From assembly GCA_030264375.1 (NCBI GenBank), contig JASCQW010000027.1:80674182-80738181 (forward strand): a stretch of 64,000 nt of DNA, written 5' to 3'. The stretch is from Carcharhinus longimanus (Eukaryota). Position numbers and translations under genes: made by a program. Shown one piece after another: positions 49,930 to 62,715 of the stretch; position 1 is the stretch's first letter; the number at the start of each line of letters is the position of its first letter. The notes under the pieces were generated by a model. The model ran no database searches. It saw only the letters and a program-made list of their open reading frames with translations, and was not told the DNA's origin.

Positions 49930-50389
49930 GAGCAGTGGGCAATCTCTGGCCCGGGAGGGCCACATGCAGCCCATCTGGGTTCTCAATGTGGCCCATGAGA
50001 CATTTTATTGATTGCTATCCACACACAGGATTGCCACATTCCACTGATTTCCGTTTATGTAAATTTAGCTGACCAGTATGATTGAAGTGATATGCATTAA
50101 AGCAAATGAAAGTGGGGTGCATGATGATGACACGTAACGTTGCCTGTGAAAGCCATAGGTGCCCTCTACATCCAAAGTGCAAAATATTTCTTTTGATTTT
50201 ACCATTTGAAGTTGATAGTTCTATTAATATTTAATTCAGCATTTTTCTTGCAATCATCATGAAATATTTGGCATGTATTAAATGTGTTTAGACATATTCA
50301 TGGGGTTGTGATTACTGAACCCCAATTTCAATCTTGCAGCCCTCTGAGTTGAAGGAGGGCTACTCACCAGCCTAGATTGCCCATCACTG
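49930..50389. mobile_element. hAT-like MITE
   Basis: Imperfect TIRs GAGCAGTGGGCAATCT and AGATTGCCCATCACTG. 8-bp TSD TACTATAG (49922-49929) and TACTACAG (50390-50397). Confidence 0.75.
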
Positions 50390-51409
50390 TACTACAGTCC
50401 CACAAACCTTAAGAAAAACCCAAAAATAACTTATTAGCTATAAATAACTTACTAACTGAATCGTGGAAATTGGGTGATCGCTGCCTCTATCCCTCAGTAC
50501 CCTTTTTAATTTTAGGATATTGGCAAAAAAACAAGCTTGTTGTCCAGTATGAGTTTTCAATGTGCTTCTGGCTGATTTAGCTCTGTTAGGGCATAAACGT
50601 TGGAACTCCACAATGGGATTTTTAAATTCATTTGATTTAGTTTGATTTAGTCCAGCATTTCTCAAGGTAAAGATGGCTTCTATAGTGTACGGATGGTAAC
50701 TTGGGCCTAAATCACATTTGGTAGCTTTCTACACGCTGATTTGAAGTGAATACTACTTTAAGCACTGGTGCGTATCTTAGACATCTCCCAACAACATTAA
50801 TAAGGTTTGGATTCTCTTTAAGAATCAAGATTGTACTTACTTTTTCTAGAACCATCAATGTTGCAATTACCATCAAAAACGAATTGCATGTTCGATTATT
50901 TAATCAACTTTTATGTAATTTAGAAAATATGTTGTCCCATGTATCTAAACTTTCAAACTTAACACTGTACATACTTCAATGGCGAGCTACATTGTTGAGG
51001 TGAGATACCCAGACTTCTTTAATATCTAGCTAAAACTTGTGAAAAAGGTTTTCTGGAGGACGGTAATATTCTCGGGTGGTTCCTTTCCTTCAGGGAGACT
51101 GAAATCAGTTCTTCAGACCAATTTAAATCATGAAGTCTGTCTGTCTTTCTCAACCTAAATGCCTGATCTGGAAAAGTCCCAAAAAGAAGCTAGGATTATA
51201 ATGCACTTCAGATAGTCTATCACCCATCAATCCAATTGATCAGCAGCTCTTTCAGGTGTGGCGTCTTCCCACAAGGGCAAAAGTCTTGTCTTAGAGCAAT
51301 TAATACTGCTCCCAATGTTTAGTGTGGGTGGTATATCCCTGCTGACCTGTTAGGCAGAGTCCATGGTGCCTTGTGAAATCTAACCTTATAACTTTATCAT
51401 TAAGATGGC

Positions 51410-52104
51410 CAACTCTCATCTCCCTAACTTTTCCTGCCTCTGCTTTTGTCAACTGCTAGTGAAGCCCTCAGCACGGGTTTTGCAATTCTGTTTTAGCTAT
51501 TCTAATGCTCGACTGGCTGTTTGACAATTGTCTGTAAACTTACCCAAAAGTGTGCTGCCTGCATTCTATCCTACAACAGCTCACCCATCATTCCTCTGTT
51601 CACAAACTCACATTGGCTCCTGAACAGCTTGAATTTTAAATTCGCATCCTTGTGTTTATAGAATTTCAGGGCTTCACCCTTGCTATCTCTGCAATCACCT
51701 ATAATGTCTCAGTTCTAAAATTCTCATCTTTGCTTTCAAATTCTTTACTAATCTTATCATTCCTGATCTCTGCAATCTTTCCCAGAACTCTCCTGTTATC
51801 TGTGCTCCTCGAAACTTGCACTCTTGTACATTCCCGATTTTAATTGTTCTGTCATTTGTGGTCATATCTTCAGTCGCCAAGGTCTTCAGCTCCAGAATTC
51901 CTCCCTAAACTTCTCTGCCTCTCGATTTCACTTTCTCCTTTTAGCTTATTCCTTAAAACACACATTTTTAATCAAACATTTGGTCACTTGCACTAATACT
52001 TCCTTATGTGGCTCATTGTCAAGTGTTGCTGCGACACATTCCTCTGAAGTGCACAGGACCTTTTGTTAGAGGGGCTACACATATCCAAGTTGTTGTTGTT
52101 GTTA
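51410..52104 (+). mobile_element. L2 LINE 3' fragment
   Basis: YSNARLA..; SHWL..FKIRILV; (GTT)n tail at about 52088-52103. Confidence 0.7.
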
Positions 52105-52142
52105 AAGGCACCATATCAATTGCAAATGATTGTTGTGATTAA

Positions 52143-52441
52143 GGTTAAAGTTTATTTATTAGCGTCACAAATTGGCTTATATTACTCTGCAATGAAGTTA
52201 CTGTGAAAATCCCCTAGTCGCCACACTCCAGTGTGTGGTGGGTACACTGAGGGAGAATTTAGCATGACCAATGCACCTAACCAGCTGGATTGTGGGAGGA
52301 AACTGAGCACCCGGAGGAAATCCACGCAGACACAGGGAGAATGTGCAGGCACTGCACAGACAGTGACCCGAGCTGGGAACTGAACCTGGGTCTCTGGTGC
52401 TATGAGGCAGCAGTGCTAACCACTGTGTGACTGTGCTGCCG
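52143..52441 (-). mobile_element. V-SINE with an alternative 3' tail
   Basis: HE1-like head and V-domain, but tail AATTCTCCCTCAGTGTACC..GACTAGGGGATTTTCACAGTAACTTCATTGCAG..CTAATAAATAAACTTT. Confidence 0.85.
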
Positions 52442-53593
52442 CACTGTTATTCTTTTTACTTTGCCTATCTGAACTCAAAGTTAACATATACTTTCTGATA
52501 AGGGGTTATTGATCATATTCAGACCAGAAGCCCTGGCTGATTGTTTTTGGGGTATTCAGGAGCAGAAAGCACAGCTGATCTTTATTGGAAGGGCTTTTGG
52601 ATAGAATTTTTTTTAAAACATGAAGCTGATTTATTTGACGATTATATAAAATACTGACCAGTGTAACTGCATTGGAGTTTATTAACATTAACAAAAACAG
52701 ACTCCAGATACAATTAACAGAAAATCGTTAATCGTGTCACTGTGGTTACTTGTAAACTCGCTGTGTGAATCCCTTCCTATACTCGGAGCAAGTGAACAGT
52801 GTCTCTCAAGTATGGGTGTGCTGGTGTGTCAATAGGTGGGATAACTGAGTGATGATATTCTGGAGCAGGAATCCTCACTAACTCAAGGCTGCTGAAATCA
52901 TCAGTGGTGCTCTTAATTGCAGTTAGAAAAGTAGTCATTTAAACAGTGGGAAAAATGAGGGAGAAGTCATATCAGGAATAGGTTTAGGTGATTGGACTTG
53001 CTAAATTGCCCCTTCAGTGTCCCAAGATGCGTAGGTTAGGGGAATTAGTGGGGTAAATGTGTGGGGTTATGGGGATAGGGTGTGGGTAAGATGCTCTGTC
53101 AGAGATTCGGCGCAGACTTGATAGCAAAATAGCCCCCCTCTGCACATAAATTAATTCTGTTTCACAAATTCTATTTTGTAAATTAATTCCATATTTGGCT
53201 CAACCCCGAACAACACCCCCTTCACCCATGACTCCCAAACCCCACCCTACTAATTGACAAGACATAACACTGTTATATCATTATGGGTGTTACGATATGA
53301 TGGGTGCGGCAATAGATTTTTTGGGGAACCAAATGCAAGTTATCAGGAAATTTGCAATAGAAGGTCATTAGGCAACTTTATCTTCTCGATCCAAAAGTGG
53401 CCTTTTAAAAAATTGTGCGCATTGTCAACCTTCTTTGTTAAAAAAAAGCTAAATGCTTCGGACTTAGACTAAAATAAATGTTCTACGTAGATANNNNNNN
53501 NNNNNNNNNNNNNNNNNNNNNNNNNNNNNNNNNNNNNNNNNNNNNNNNNNNNNNNNNNNNNNNNNNNNNNNNNNNNNNNNNNNNNNNNNNNNN

Positions 53594-53811
53594 AACTCAA
53601 GAACAGCTTCTTCCCTGCTGCCATCAGACTTTTGAATGGATTTACCTTGCATTAAGTTGATCTTTCTCTGCACCCTAGCTATGACTGTAACACTACATTC
53701 TGCATTCCCCTGTTTCCTTCTCTATGAATGGTATGTTTTGTCTGTATAGCGTGCAAGAAACAATACTTTTCACTGTATGTTACTACATGTGACAATAATA
53801 AATCAAATCAA
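53594..53811 (+). mobile_element. Rex1/Babar-like LINE 3' end
   Basis: Closely similar to 49696-49913; ends AATAATAAATCAAATCAA. Confidence 0.85.
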
Positions 53812-53920
53812 AGATCCACAGCAATGTGGATGACACTCAACTATCCTTGGACAACGAGGGATGGACAATAAATGCTGGCCAGCCAGTGATGCCCATGTCC
53901 CATGAACGAATAAATAAAAT

Positions 53921-55379
53921 TGTTAGTGTAGGACAATTGTTCGTTGTGTGATATGTGGGTCGTCGTTCCCCAGTCCTTGAGAAGGAAAGTGTTGGAGCAA
54001 TCGCACTGAGGGTGCCTGGGGTGGTGTGGATGAAATAAAGGTGGCTCGCAGCTAGGTGTGGTGGCTGAGGACTGATGCCTGCACTGATGAGAAGGTGGGT
54101 GCAACATTTTGTTGTATACCAAGATCCGGAAGCCACCATTGCACCATGTCATCATTGTACCATGGGAATGGCCAAGTGGGCCTGGGGAGCAGGCCCACAT
54201 AGATTTTGTGGGACCAGGTGAAGGCCAAATGTTGCTGGTGGTCATTGACACACACAAAAAGTGGCCAGAAATGATGGGTGGGATTCTCTGGCTGTGCTCG
54301 CCCCAAAACTGGAGAATCCCATTCAAGGTCAATGGACCTTTGCATGGTCCGCCCTCCCCGCCTACTACGATTCCCATGGCAGGCGGGACAGGAGAATTCC
54401 CCCTGATGTGTAAGAAATCGATGACCACAAAAGTAACCCTGGACAAACTCAATGACATATTTGCTAGGTTTGGATACCCAGACCAGTTTGTAAGTGACAA
54501 CAGACAGCCGCTCATATCGCAGGACTTTGAGTACATGGAGTTAACATGGTGTTCACCATGTACATTCTGTACCTACCACCCAGAGACGAATGGGCGAGCA
54601 GGGTGTTTTGTACAATCCTTGAAGGCATCATGGGGGTGTAGGGTCATCGATGTGAAGATTGAACCAGTTCTTGAGCGTTTACAGGAACTCCCTGTGTGCA
54701 ACAACAAAATGCTTCCCAGTGGCGTTGGTGTTTGGGACACAGTTGTGTACAAGTTGAGGCCTGATGAGACTTGACAAATGGTGGAGAGGAACCAGGAGGC
54801 ACACATAGGCCATCAAGCCCAACATGCCAAGCTGAGGGCATTTCAGAAGGGTGAATGGGAACTGTTCAGAAACTACATTTTGAGAGAGAAGTGGGTACTA
54901 GCTGCAATTGTAGCAAAGAAAGAGCCATTGTTGTACACAATGGAACTCGAAACAAATTAGTGTGGCACTGATATGCAGATCAGCTGTTGGTTGCCCCATG
55001 TCAAGTGGTGGGGACCCCACCAACAAGGTTGGAGGTGTTCCAAATGTTGCTAGCGGAGATACCAGGAGAGGGAGTTGATAGCTCCTCCACTCACGGGGGG
55101 AGCCAGAGGCTTGACATTGGTGACGGATGATGTGCAGGAAGAGGAGCCACCATTGGTTGTGTTGTCAAGACCACATTCAACAGAGAGAGATCTGAGGCTG
55201 GTTCCAGCTCTCAGGAAATAACCCTTATGAGATTGTCTTTCCTCCTGACAGGTTGATCATGTCAATGTAGGATGGATGTTGGAGTGGGGAATGAACTATA
55301 GACTGTATCAATTCTAAACATTTTAAACAGACTGTGGATTCTTCACCAAGTACCCCGTATTATGTAAAAAGGGAGATAA
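53921..55379 (+). mobile_element. Gypsy pol continuation (integrase) and 3' region, decayed
   Basis: VVVPQSLRRKVLEQSH; PWEWPSGP..HIDFVGP..LVVIDTHKKWPE; FARFGYPDQFVSDN; YHPETNGRA. Purine tract AAAAAGGGAGATAA at about 55366-55379. Confidence 0.9.
54275..54403. mobile_element. 129-bp MITE inside the Gypsy integrase
   Basis: Inverted ends GGGTGGGATTCTC and GGAGAATTCCCCC; duplicated TGA at 54272-54274 and 54404-54406. Confidence 0.75.
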
Positions 55380-55632
55380 TGCATAATTGTATGTAAATAG
55401 TTTTAATATACTGTCAACGTATAGGGATTATTTTGTGGGGCTGCATTATGTACGTAGGGGCATAATCTCTTTAAGGGAACAGATCATGTGACCAGGTATG
55501 TGGGAGGAGCTGACTGGGAACTGCCCTCAGTTGACAGTCAACATCTGGAATTTGGAGTGTGTAGACCGAATAAATGTACCCCCTGACACCTGGCTGTGGA
55601 GTAATTTTTGAGGAGAAGTCTCCGTACTCACA
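55380..55632 (+). mobile_element. Gypsy 3' LTR
   Basis: Starts TG right after the purine tract, contains CTTTAAGGG..GATCATGTGACC and AATAAA, and ends CA. Confidence 0.6.
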
Positions 55633-55679
55633 GATTTAACAACTTCCCTCTGGCATAGGTCATTAGATATCATTTCATA

Positions 55680-56100
55680 GCTTTTTCCCCGGGTGGAAGG
55701 ATCGATTACTAGGGGGCACAGGTTTAAGGTGCCAGGGACAAGGTTTAAAGGAGATGTGCAAAGCANNNNNNNNNNNNNNNNNNNNNNNNNNNNNNNNNNN
55801 NNNNNNNNNNNNNNNNNNNNNNNNNNNNNNNNNNNNNNNNNNNNNNNNNNNNNNNNNNNNNNNNNCAAGTTTTTTACACAGAGGGTGGTGGGTGCCTGGA
55901 ACTCGCTGCCGAGGGAGGGAGTGGAAACAGATATGATAGTGACTTTTAAGGGGCGTCTGGACAAATACATGAATAGGATGGGCATAGAGGGATATGGTCC
56001 CCGAAAGGGTAGGGTGTTTTAGATCACTCGGGCAGCATTGTCAGTGCAGCCTTGGAGAGGTGAAGGGCCTGTGCGTGTGCTGTAATTTTCTTTGTTCTTT
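55680..56100 (+). mobile_element. CR1 LINE 3' end
   Basis: EGSITRGHRFKV..FFTQRVVGAWNSLP..FKGRLDKYM. Confidence 0.9.
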
Positions 56101-56439
56101 GTATAATGTGGTCTTGGCTTCCGGTGGATGTATTTCAGGCAGCAGCCAATATCTCCCCGGTAATATTGTTGACCAAAAGAGCAGTTGGCCTGTGATTGGC
56201 TGATAGTTCTCGGTGGGCTGGCCTTTCCATCCTGGGGTAGAGATCTTACCAATATGTCCATTAGTGACCTTGCAACTGCCTGATTGGCTCATAATGCTGT
56301 GGGCTCTGAGGTCAGAAGCCCAACTGAAAAACAAATGCTGAGATTGTTCACAATTAACTCCGACATAAGAAAACGAGTGAAGGGGAGGGTGAAACAAACC
56401 TTGATTATTCAATTTCCGTGATGGGAAGCAAAGATGATG

Positions 56440-56830
56440 GTTATTACCTTCTCCTCAATGTTGACTGTGAGCAAATAGGTCTCATCCAGGTCTGGGTGCC
56501 AAACCAACAAACTGACAGCTCAAGTGCAGTGAAGGGATCAAGAGAAGTGTTGGATAAATACCTTTCAACAGCGTACATATGGAACCTGTAGCAATGTATT
56601 TGGCTGATGTCACAAATGAGCAGCATGTAGATGAGAAATAGGAGACGGCAAAGTATAGGTCCTTGGAGCACTCCCGAGGTAAGGATGTGGGAGCAGGAAG
56701 AGAGGCCCATGTAGGAGATTCTCTGGCTGTGCTTGGAAATAAGGAATAGAAGAGAACCGATGCCCTCAGCTGGAGAATAGAGGAGAAAGGTTTTGGACAA
56801 AGATGGTATGGTTAATTCCACTAAAGGCTG
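56440..56830 (-). mobile_element. L2 LINE RT fragment
   Basis: TSGVLQGPILCRLLFLIYML..FHMYA is a decayed GVPQGSILGPLLF..YADD. Confidence 0.75.
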
Positions 56831-56859
56831 CAGACAGGTTGTTGACATTAAATTTTACA

Positions 56860-58132
56860 GGATCCTGGGTGAAGTAGCCGAATGGAAACAAAATTGGCTT
56901 GACGACAGAAGACAGAGGGTGGTGGTAGGGAGTTGTTTTTCAAACTGGAGGCCTGTGACCAGTGGTGTGCCTCAGGGATCAGTGCTAGTCCCACTGTTAT
57001 TTGTCATTNNNNNNNNNNNNNNNNNNNNNNNNNNNNNNNNNNNNNNNNNNNNNNNNNNNNNNNNNNNNNNNNNNNNNNNNNNNNNNNNNNNNNNNNNNNN
57101 NNNNNNNNTCAAACTGGAGGCCTGTGACCAGTGGTGTGCCTCAGGGATCAGTGCTAGGCCCACTGTTATTTGTCATTTATGTTAATGATTTGGGTGAGAA
57201 TTTAGTAGGCATGGTTAGTAAGTTTGCAGATGACACCAAGATGATGGTGGCATAGTGGACAGTGAAAAAGGTTATCTAGGATTGCAAAGGGATCTTGATC
57301 AATTGGGCCAGTGGCCTGACGAATGGCAGATGGAGTTTAATTTAGATAAATGTGAGGTGATGCATTTTGGTCGAATGAACAAGGGCAGGACTTACTCAGT
57401 TAATGGTAGGGCGTTGGGGAGAGTTATAGAATAAGGAGATCGAGGGGTACATTTCATAGCTCCTAGAAAGTGGAGTCACAGATGGAAAGAATGGTGAAGA
57501 AGGCATTCGGCATGCTTGGTTTCATTGGTCAGAACATTGAATACAGGAATTGGGGCGTCTTGTTTTAGTTGAACAAGACGTTGATAAGGCCACACTTGAG
57601 TACAGCTCTGGTCACCCTATTATAAAAAAAGGTATTATTAAACTAGAAAGAGAGCAGAAAAGATTTACTAGGATGCTACTGGGACTTGATAGTTTGAGTT
57701 ATAAGGAGAGACTGGATAGACTGGGACTTTTTCTCTCAAGTGTAGGAGGCTGAAGGGTGATCTTATGCAGGTCTATAAAATAATGAGGGGCATAGATCAG
57801 TTAGACAGCCAATATCTTTTCCCAAAGTTTGGGGAGTCTAAAACTAGACGGCATAGGTTTAAGGTAAGAGGGAAAAGATACAAAAGGATCCAGAGGGGCA
57901 ATTGTTTTACAGAGAGGGTGATGAGTGCCTGGAACAAGCTGCCAGAGGTAGTAGTGGAGGTGGATACAATTCTGTCTTTTGAAAAGCATTTAGACAGTTA
58001 CATGGGTAAGATGGACATCGAGGGATATGGGCCAAATGGCGGCAATTGGGACTCGCTTTGGGGTTAAAAAAATGGGCACCATGGACAAGTTGGGCTGAAG
58101 GGCCTGTTGCCATGCTGTAAACCTCTATGATA
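56860..58132 (+). mobile_element. CR1 LINE RT-to-3' fragment
   Basis: [46 protein letters not shown]; QKRFTRML; VMSAWNKLP. Confidence 0.95.
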
Positions 58133-58284
58133 GCTAAGGATTGTGCTCCATGATCATATAAATTATATCATTTTAATGTTTCCTGCCATAATTTCCACTC
58201 ATTAATTTTAAGAAAGGAAAGCAAGTATTGTTGAATTCCATTTGGGGGTTTTGTAATGCATTTCAGTGTAATAGTACAAACAAG

Positions 58285-58579
58285 AGTGGCACAAGAGTGG
58301 TGAGCGCTGCTGCCTCACAGTGCCAGGGACCTTGGTTCGATTCCCGGCTTGGGTCACTGTCTGTATGGAGTTTGCACGTTCTTCCTGTGTCTGCGTGGGT
58401 TTCCTCCAGGTGCTCCAGTTTCTTCACACAGTCTGAAAGACATGCTGGTTAGGTGCATTGGCCACGCTGAATTCTCCCTCAGTGTACCCAAACAGGTGCT
58501 GGAGTGTAGCGACTAGAGGATTTTCACAGTAACTTCATTGCAGCACTAATGTAAACTTGTGACACTAATAAATAAACTT
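58285..58579 (+). mobile_element. V-SINE with an alternative 3' tail
   Basis: Same structure as 52143-52441, forward orientation. Confidence 0.88.
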
Positions 58580-59194
58580 TGGACAAATTTAGAAAGGCAG
58601 GAACAATTGATCCGTTTTACTGTTTAGAATTTATTACCACTATCCATTCAAGTTATTTGTTCACAGAGATTTATGTAAAATGTATCTGTTTTACAAAACC
58701 CAACCAGAAGTTAATCCAAATCATTATATTGATTAGTGAGGGTGTACTTTACCACAAAACTGTAAAATTTATTCTTACGCATTTAATTTGTTGCTCCAGT
58801 AGTGTATTAAAGCATGGAATAGAATACAGATCCTACAGTGATCCGATCTATATTCAACAAAAAAGCACAATGCATCCTCTGTGCCAGTGGGCTGAAACCT
58901 TAAGTTCATGCCTTTCAAAAAAGGTCTCATGAAAATTAAATTCTAGAAAATAATGGCTATCCTGTTTTAATCAGGAGCTATGGTATCGTTAATTCCCCAT
59001 GCTTTCAATCAGTATATTACTGCATTTGGACAATTACAATCCATGTGGACAGATGGTGTGAGACCAGTTTCCATGTTGAAAAAATTTTAATGAGATACAA
59101 TATTATAAATTTGAGAGATGTGAAATATGTGTGTCTGTGTGTAATGATCCTTATAATAGCTAAATAGTCCTTCTCATGAAATGAATCATAATAA

Positions 59195-59900
59195 GTTAAC
59201 ATGCAGGTACAGCAAGTAATTAGGAGGGCAATGCAAGTACGGCAAGTAATTAGGTGGGCAAAAGATATGTTGATCTTTAATACAGAGGGGATGGAATATA
59301 AAAGTAGGCATGTTATAACTGTACAGGAAATTGGTAAGACTGCACCTAGCGTATTGTGTAACGTTCTAGTCTCCTTATTGAAGAAGGGATGTACTTGCAA
59401 TGAAGGCAGTTTGGAGAAGGTTCACTTAGTTAACTCTTGTGATGAAGGGGTAGTCTAATGAGGAAAGGTTGAGCAGGTTGGGCCTAGACTCATTGGATTT
59501 TAGAAGAATGAGATGATCTTTTTGAAACATATAGATTTCTGAGAGAACTCGACATGGTGGATTCAGAGAGGATTGCTGGTGAACATGGAAATAAGTGGCC
59601 GAGTTTAAAATAAGGCTTGTCTCATTTAAGATGGAGCCGAGGAGGAATTTCTTCTTTCAGAGGGTGGTTAACTTTTGGAATTATCTCCCTCAGTGACCAG
59701 GCAAGGTGGGTCATTGAATATATTGAAGGCTGAGTGAAAGAGAAATTTGATTTGGAAGTAGGGAGGGGGAGGTTAAAGATTATGGGGAGAGGGACAGGCA
59801 TGAAAGGGAAATCAAGGCCACAATCAGGTCATGATCTCACTGGCTGAGCAGACTCTAGGGGACAAATAGCCTACTCAAGCTCCTTTTCTCATGCTCTTAG
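59195..59900 (+). mobile_element. CR1 LINE 3' fragment with a 30-bp internal tandem duplication
   Basis: MQVQQVIRRA-MQVRQVIRWA duplication at 59201-59260; EERLSRLGL.SL.FRRMR; FFFQRVVNFWN. Confidence 0.85.
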
Positions 59901-60452
59901 CTTCTTAAAAAGCTCTCTTTGTTCCATGTCCACATCCAAATGAATTAGTACATAAATTGCAAATACTATTACAGTAATTTGATTATCATGGAGAGCAGAA
60001 TGACTTTTTTTTCATTTTCATTAATGAACTAAGCAACCATTTTGCAAAGTGATAGAACCATGATTCGGTATTTGATTGATATTCTGTGGTGTTATAAGAG
60101 ATTCTTTTCCTCCTTGGGTTTTCCCTTCTCTCGAGTCTCCTCCAGCTAACCTCCAGATGGTGGCTAGTGTTGAAAAACAGTGAAATAGGCACTGGCATCC
60201 ATCTGCTGTCTAATTCGTGGCAATTTGCCTGGGGATCTTTTCTTTAAAAAAGTGATGACCTGATAAATGTTTTGAGGTTGTGAATGGGTATGATAACATT
60301 AATGCAGAAAAGATGCTTCAACTTGTGGATATGACAGTTACTAATGAAATCTATGAGAAATTCAGGAAAAACATCTTTACTCTGAGCACTGGGAGTGTGG
60401 AATCACTACTACTTGGAGTGGTTGAAGTGTGGAGAATTTGAAGAGAAGCTAG

Positions 60453-61213
60453 TGTGATGATACCATGCCTTAAAGAAATGTATTCATAACATGTTTCTTG
60501 TAAGGGATATGTTTGGAATTCAGCTCTTTTGCACAGTGCTGACTTGTCTGTAAAACAGACAAGTTACATGCTGAGCATGCAGGCTAATGACTTACTTTAG
60601 ATAGGGGTGAGTTAAACTGAGTTAATGCATTTTTGTTTATTTTGTTTTTTCTCCTGGAGTTTCAGAGTGGGGTTTTGATTAGGTTGATTGACAGAGTCAT
60701 GTGCCTAAGCAAAGGAGCTGAACTTACAGGAAAAAACAGGCAGTTACTGTCAGCTTCTAAAAGGAGCTAGAGGCATCTTTCTATCCTTGGAGGCTGTTGT
60801 TTGGAACCTGCTAGGAGAAATAGTTCAATCTCTCTCTCTCCAGAGGTATTCTGGAGGCTTGAGGATTTGCAGGTAAAAGTATGTAAGTCTGTGTGTTGCT
60901 AACTGAATTTGAAGAGGAGTTTAAGTCTATAAGAGGAATATTGCTTGATTTGGAACTAATAGAGATAGGTTAGCAGTTAAGAATTGTACCTTGTTATGTT
61001 TAAATATTTCAATTGGTAAAGGTTAAGCTAATTCATTCATTATGGTTAAACTGTATCACTAAATAAAATTTGTTTTGATAAAAGCTTCCTAGTGTGTCAA
61101 TATAATCACACCTAGAATGAAACACCTTATCTTCACACTGATGCCAAAATACAAAAACTGTAGGGTCTAGTCAGGCTTCAGAATATACTTTGGAGTTCTG
61201 ATCCATATCTTAA
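60453..61213 (+). mobile_element. Solo LTR (Gypsy-like)
   Basis: Starts TGTGATGATA after a CR1 remnant; AATAAA at about 61062; 4-bp TSD CTAG (60449-60452 and 61214-61217). The terminal CA is missing. Confidence 0.65.
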
Positions 61214-61679
61214 CTAGCAACAGTCATTTAATTTTTTTGCTTTGTCGTGCATGTACTATTCTGTTATATTTCTTGTGTGATTCATTTTTCTGTACAATTG
61301 CACATGTATGGAAACTTAAAGTAAATGACATATGCATGACTTGCATGTAATTTGGATTATAGCACATAGAGCATAAGAATACAAGATCACTGCTCAATGG
61401 GAGAGAGAATTCCAAAGACTAACATCATTACACCTGGGTCCAAAGGCGAGTGAGGGATGGGGTCACAGGGTGGGGGGTGACAGACGGGGATGGAGGGGGA
61501 TTTCAGCAGCCAAACCTTATTTGGACTCTTAATCCAGCACAGATGTCTGACTAAGAGGGACATCTGAGGAGCCACCAGGTTTGACAAATGGCCTTCTGGA
61601 TGTGCAGGAAAGCTGTGATTCCTTCATTTAATTCCTGAGCCATCACTGATTATGGATAGGTACATGACAAATATATCAA

Positions 61680-62170
61680 TTGGCTTTTGATAGGTCTTGC
61701 TGGGCATCCCATGTCTGCCCTTTCTGCCTTCGAAATTAATCAGAAGATATTTTGCTGATGCCAAGAGACTAATGTAGGGTCTCTCTCATGATTCAGTGGA
61801 CCTGGCTGCCATGTTTCCCATTGCATTAAATCCGTACTTTCCTGCTCTCTGTCTCCTTCCTTTCTTGAATAGCGGTTTTCCAATTGGCTGGGAGCTTTAC
61901 AGAATCTAGGGAATTTTGGAAGATTATAACCAATGCATACACTATCTGCAGCCACTTCTTTTAATACCCCAGGATGCAGGCCAGCATGTCCAGGGAACTA
62001 ACAAGTCAGCTTGTCAGCTTTTAGTTCTGTTAGTTTTACAGTTTTGTTGGTTTTCCTAGTATCTTTTTCTCTGGTAATAGTGATTGTTTTAAGTTCTTCC
62101 TTCCCCTTTTACTCTTTTATTTCCTATTATTATTGGGATGTACTTTTTGTCTTCCACTGTGAAGACAGAT
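61680..62170 (-). mobile_element. Decayed CR1 fragment
   Basis: 61875-62170 resembles 24580-24845 (TTTCCAAT..AGAATCTAGGGAATTTTGGAAGAT..CTATCTGCAGCCACTTCTTT). Confidence 0.65.
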
Positions 62171-62639
62171 ACACAATTGATAAGTACATGAAGATAAAAA
62201 GAATAAAAAGATGTGTTGTTAGGAGAAGTTGAAGTAAGGTGCAAGGTGTTGGTGTGGTGCATAACCACTGGCATATACCTATTCGGTCAAATGACTGTTG
62301 CTGTGTTGCAAATTCTGCATAATTCTATGTACAATTACATATGAACCTGTACAGTGTGCGTTGACAGGCTATTGACCCATGAAAAGCACCAATCTGCATC
62401 CGCACATACCCACATTCTAACAAGGTTTATTGGATCATGAAAAGACTGGGAATCCCTAGGCCATAAAAATCAATGCCGATTGTAATGCTCCCATCACTGC
62501 TCAAAGTGAGAAAACATAATTGAATCAGCAGAGAGTAGTAGGATGAATTGTACATTGCCGATGGAATAAGTGGCCTTGATGGATCATATGGCCTTTTCTG
62601 ATTCCATGTTTTCTTTCATCCCTAACTCTAAAAAGATTA

Positions 62640-62715
62640 TCAAAAACAGAAATTGCTGGAAAAACTCAACAGGTCTGGCAGCATCTGTGAAGAGAGAAAC
62701 ACAGTTAATGTTTTA
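62640..62715 (-). mobile_element. Old PLE 3'-tail remnant
   Basis: AAAAACAGAAATTGCTGGAAAAACTCAACAGGTCTGGCAGCATCTGTGAAGAGAGAAAC.CAGTTAATGTTT is related to the family A arms. Confidence 0.65.

Noticed and set aside
56939-57178. 70-bp direct repeat either side of the gap at 57009-57108
   Set aside because: Near-identical overlap of contig ends around a 100-N gap inside one CR1; most likely an assembly or haplotype artefact.
59986-60198. 70-aa minus-strand ORF with an acceptor-like site
   Set aside because: No homology recognised and no supporting donor or neighbouring exons.
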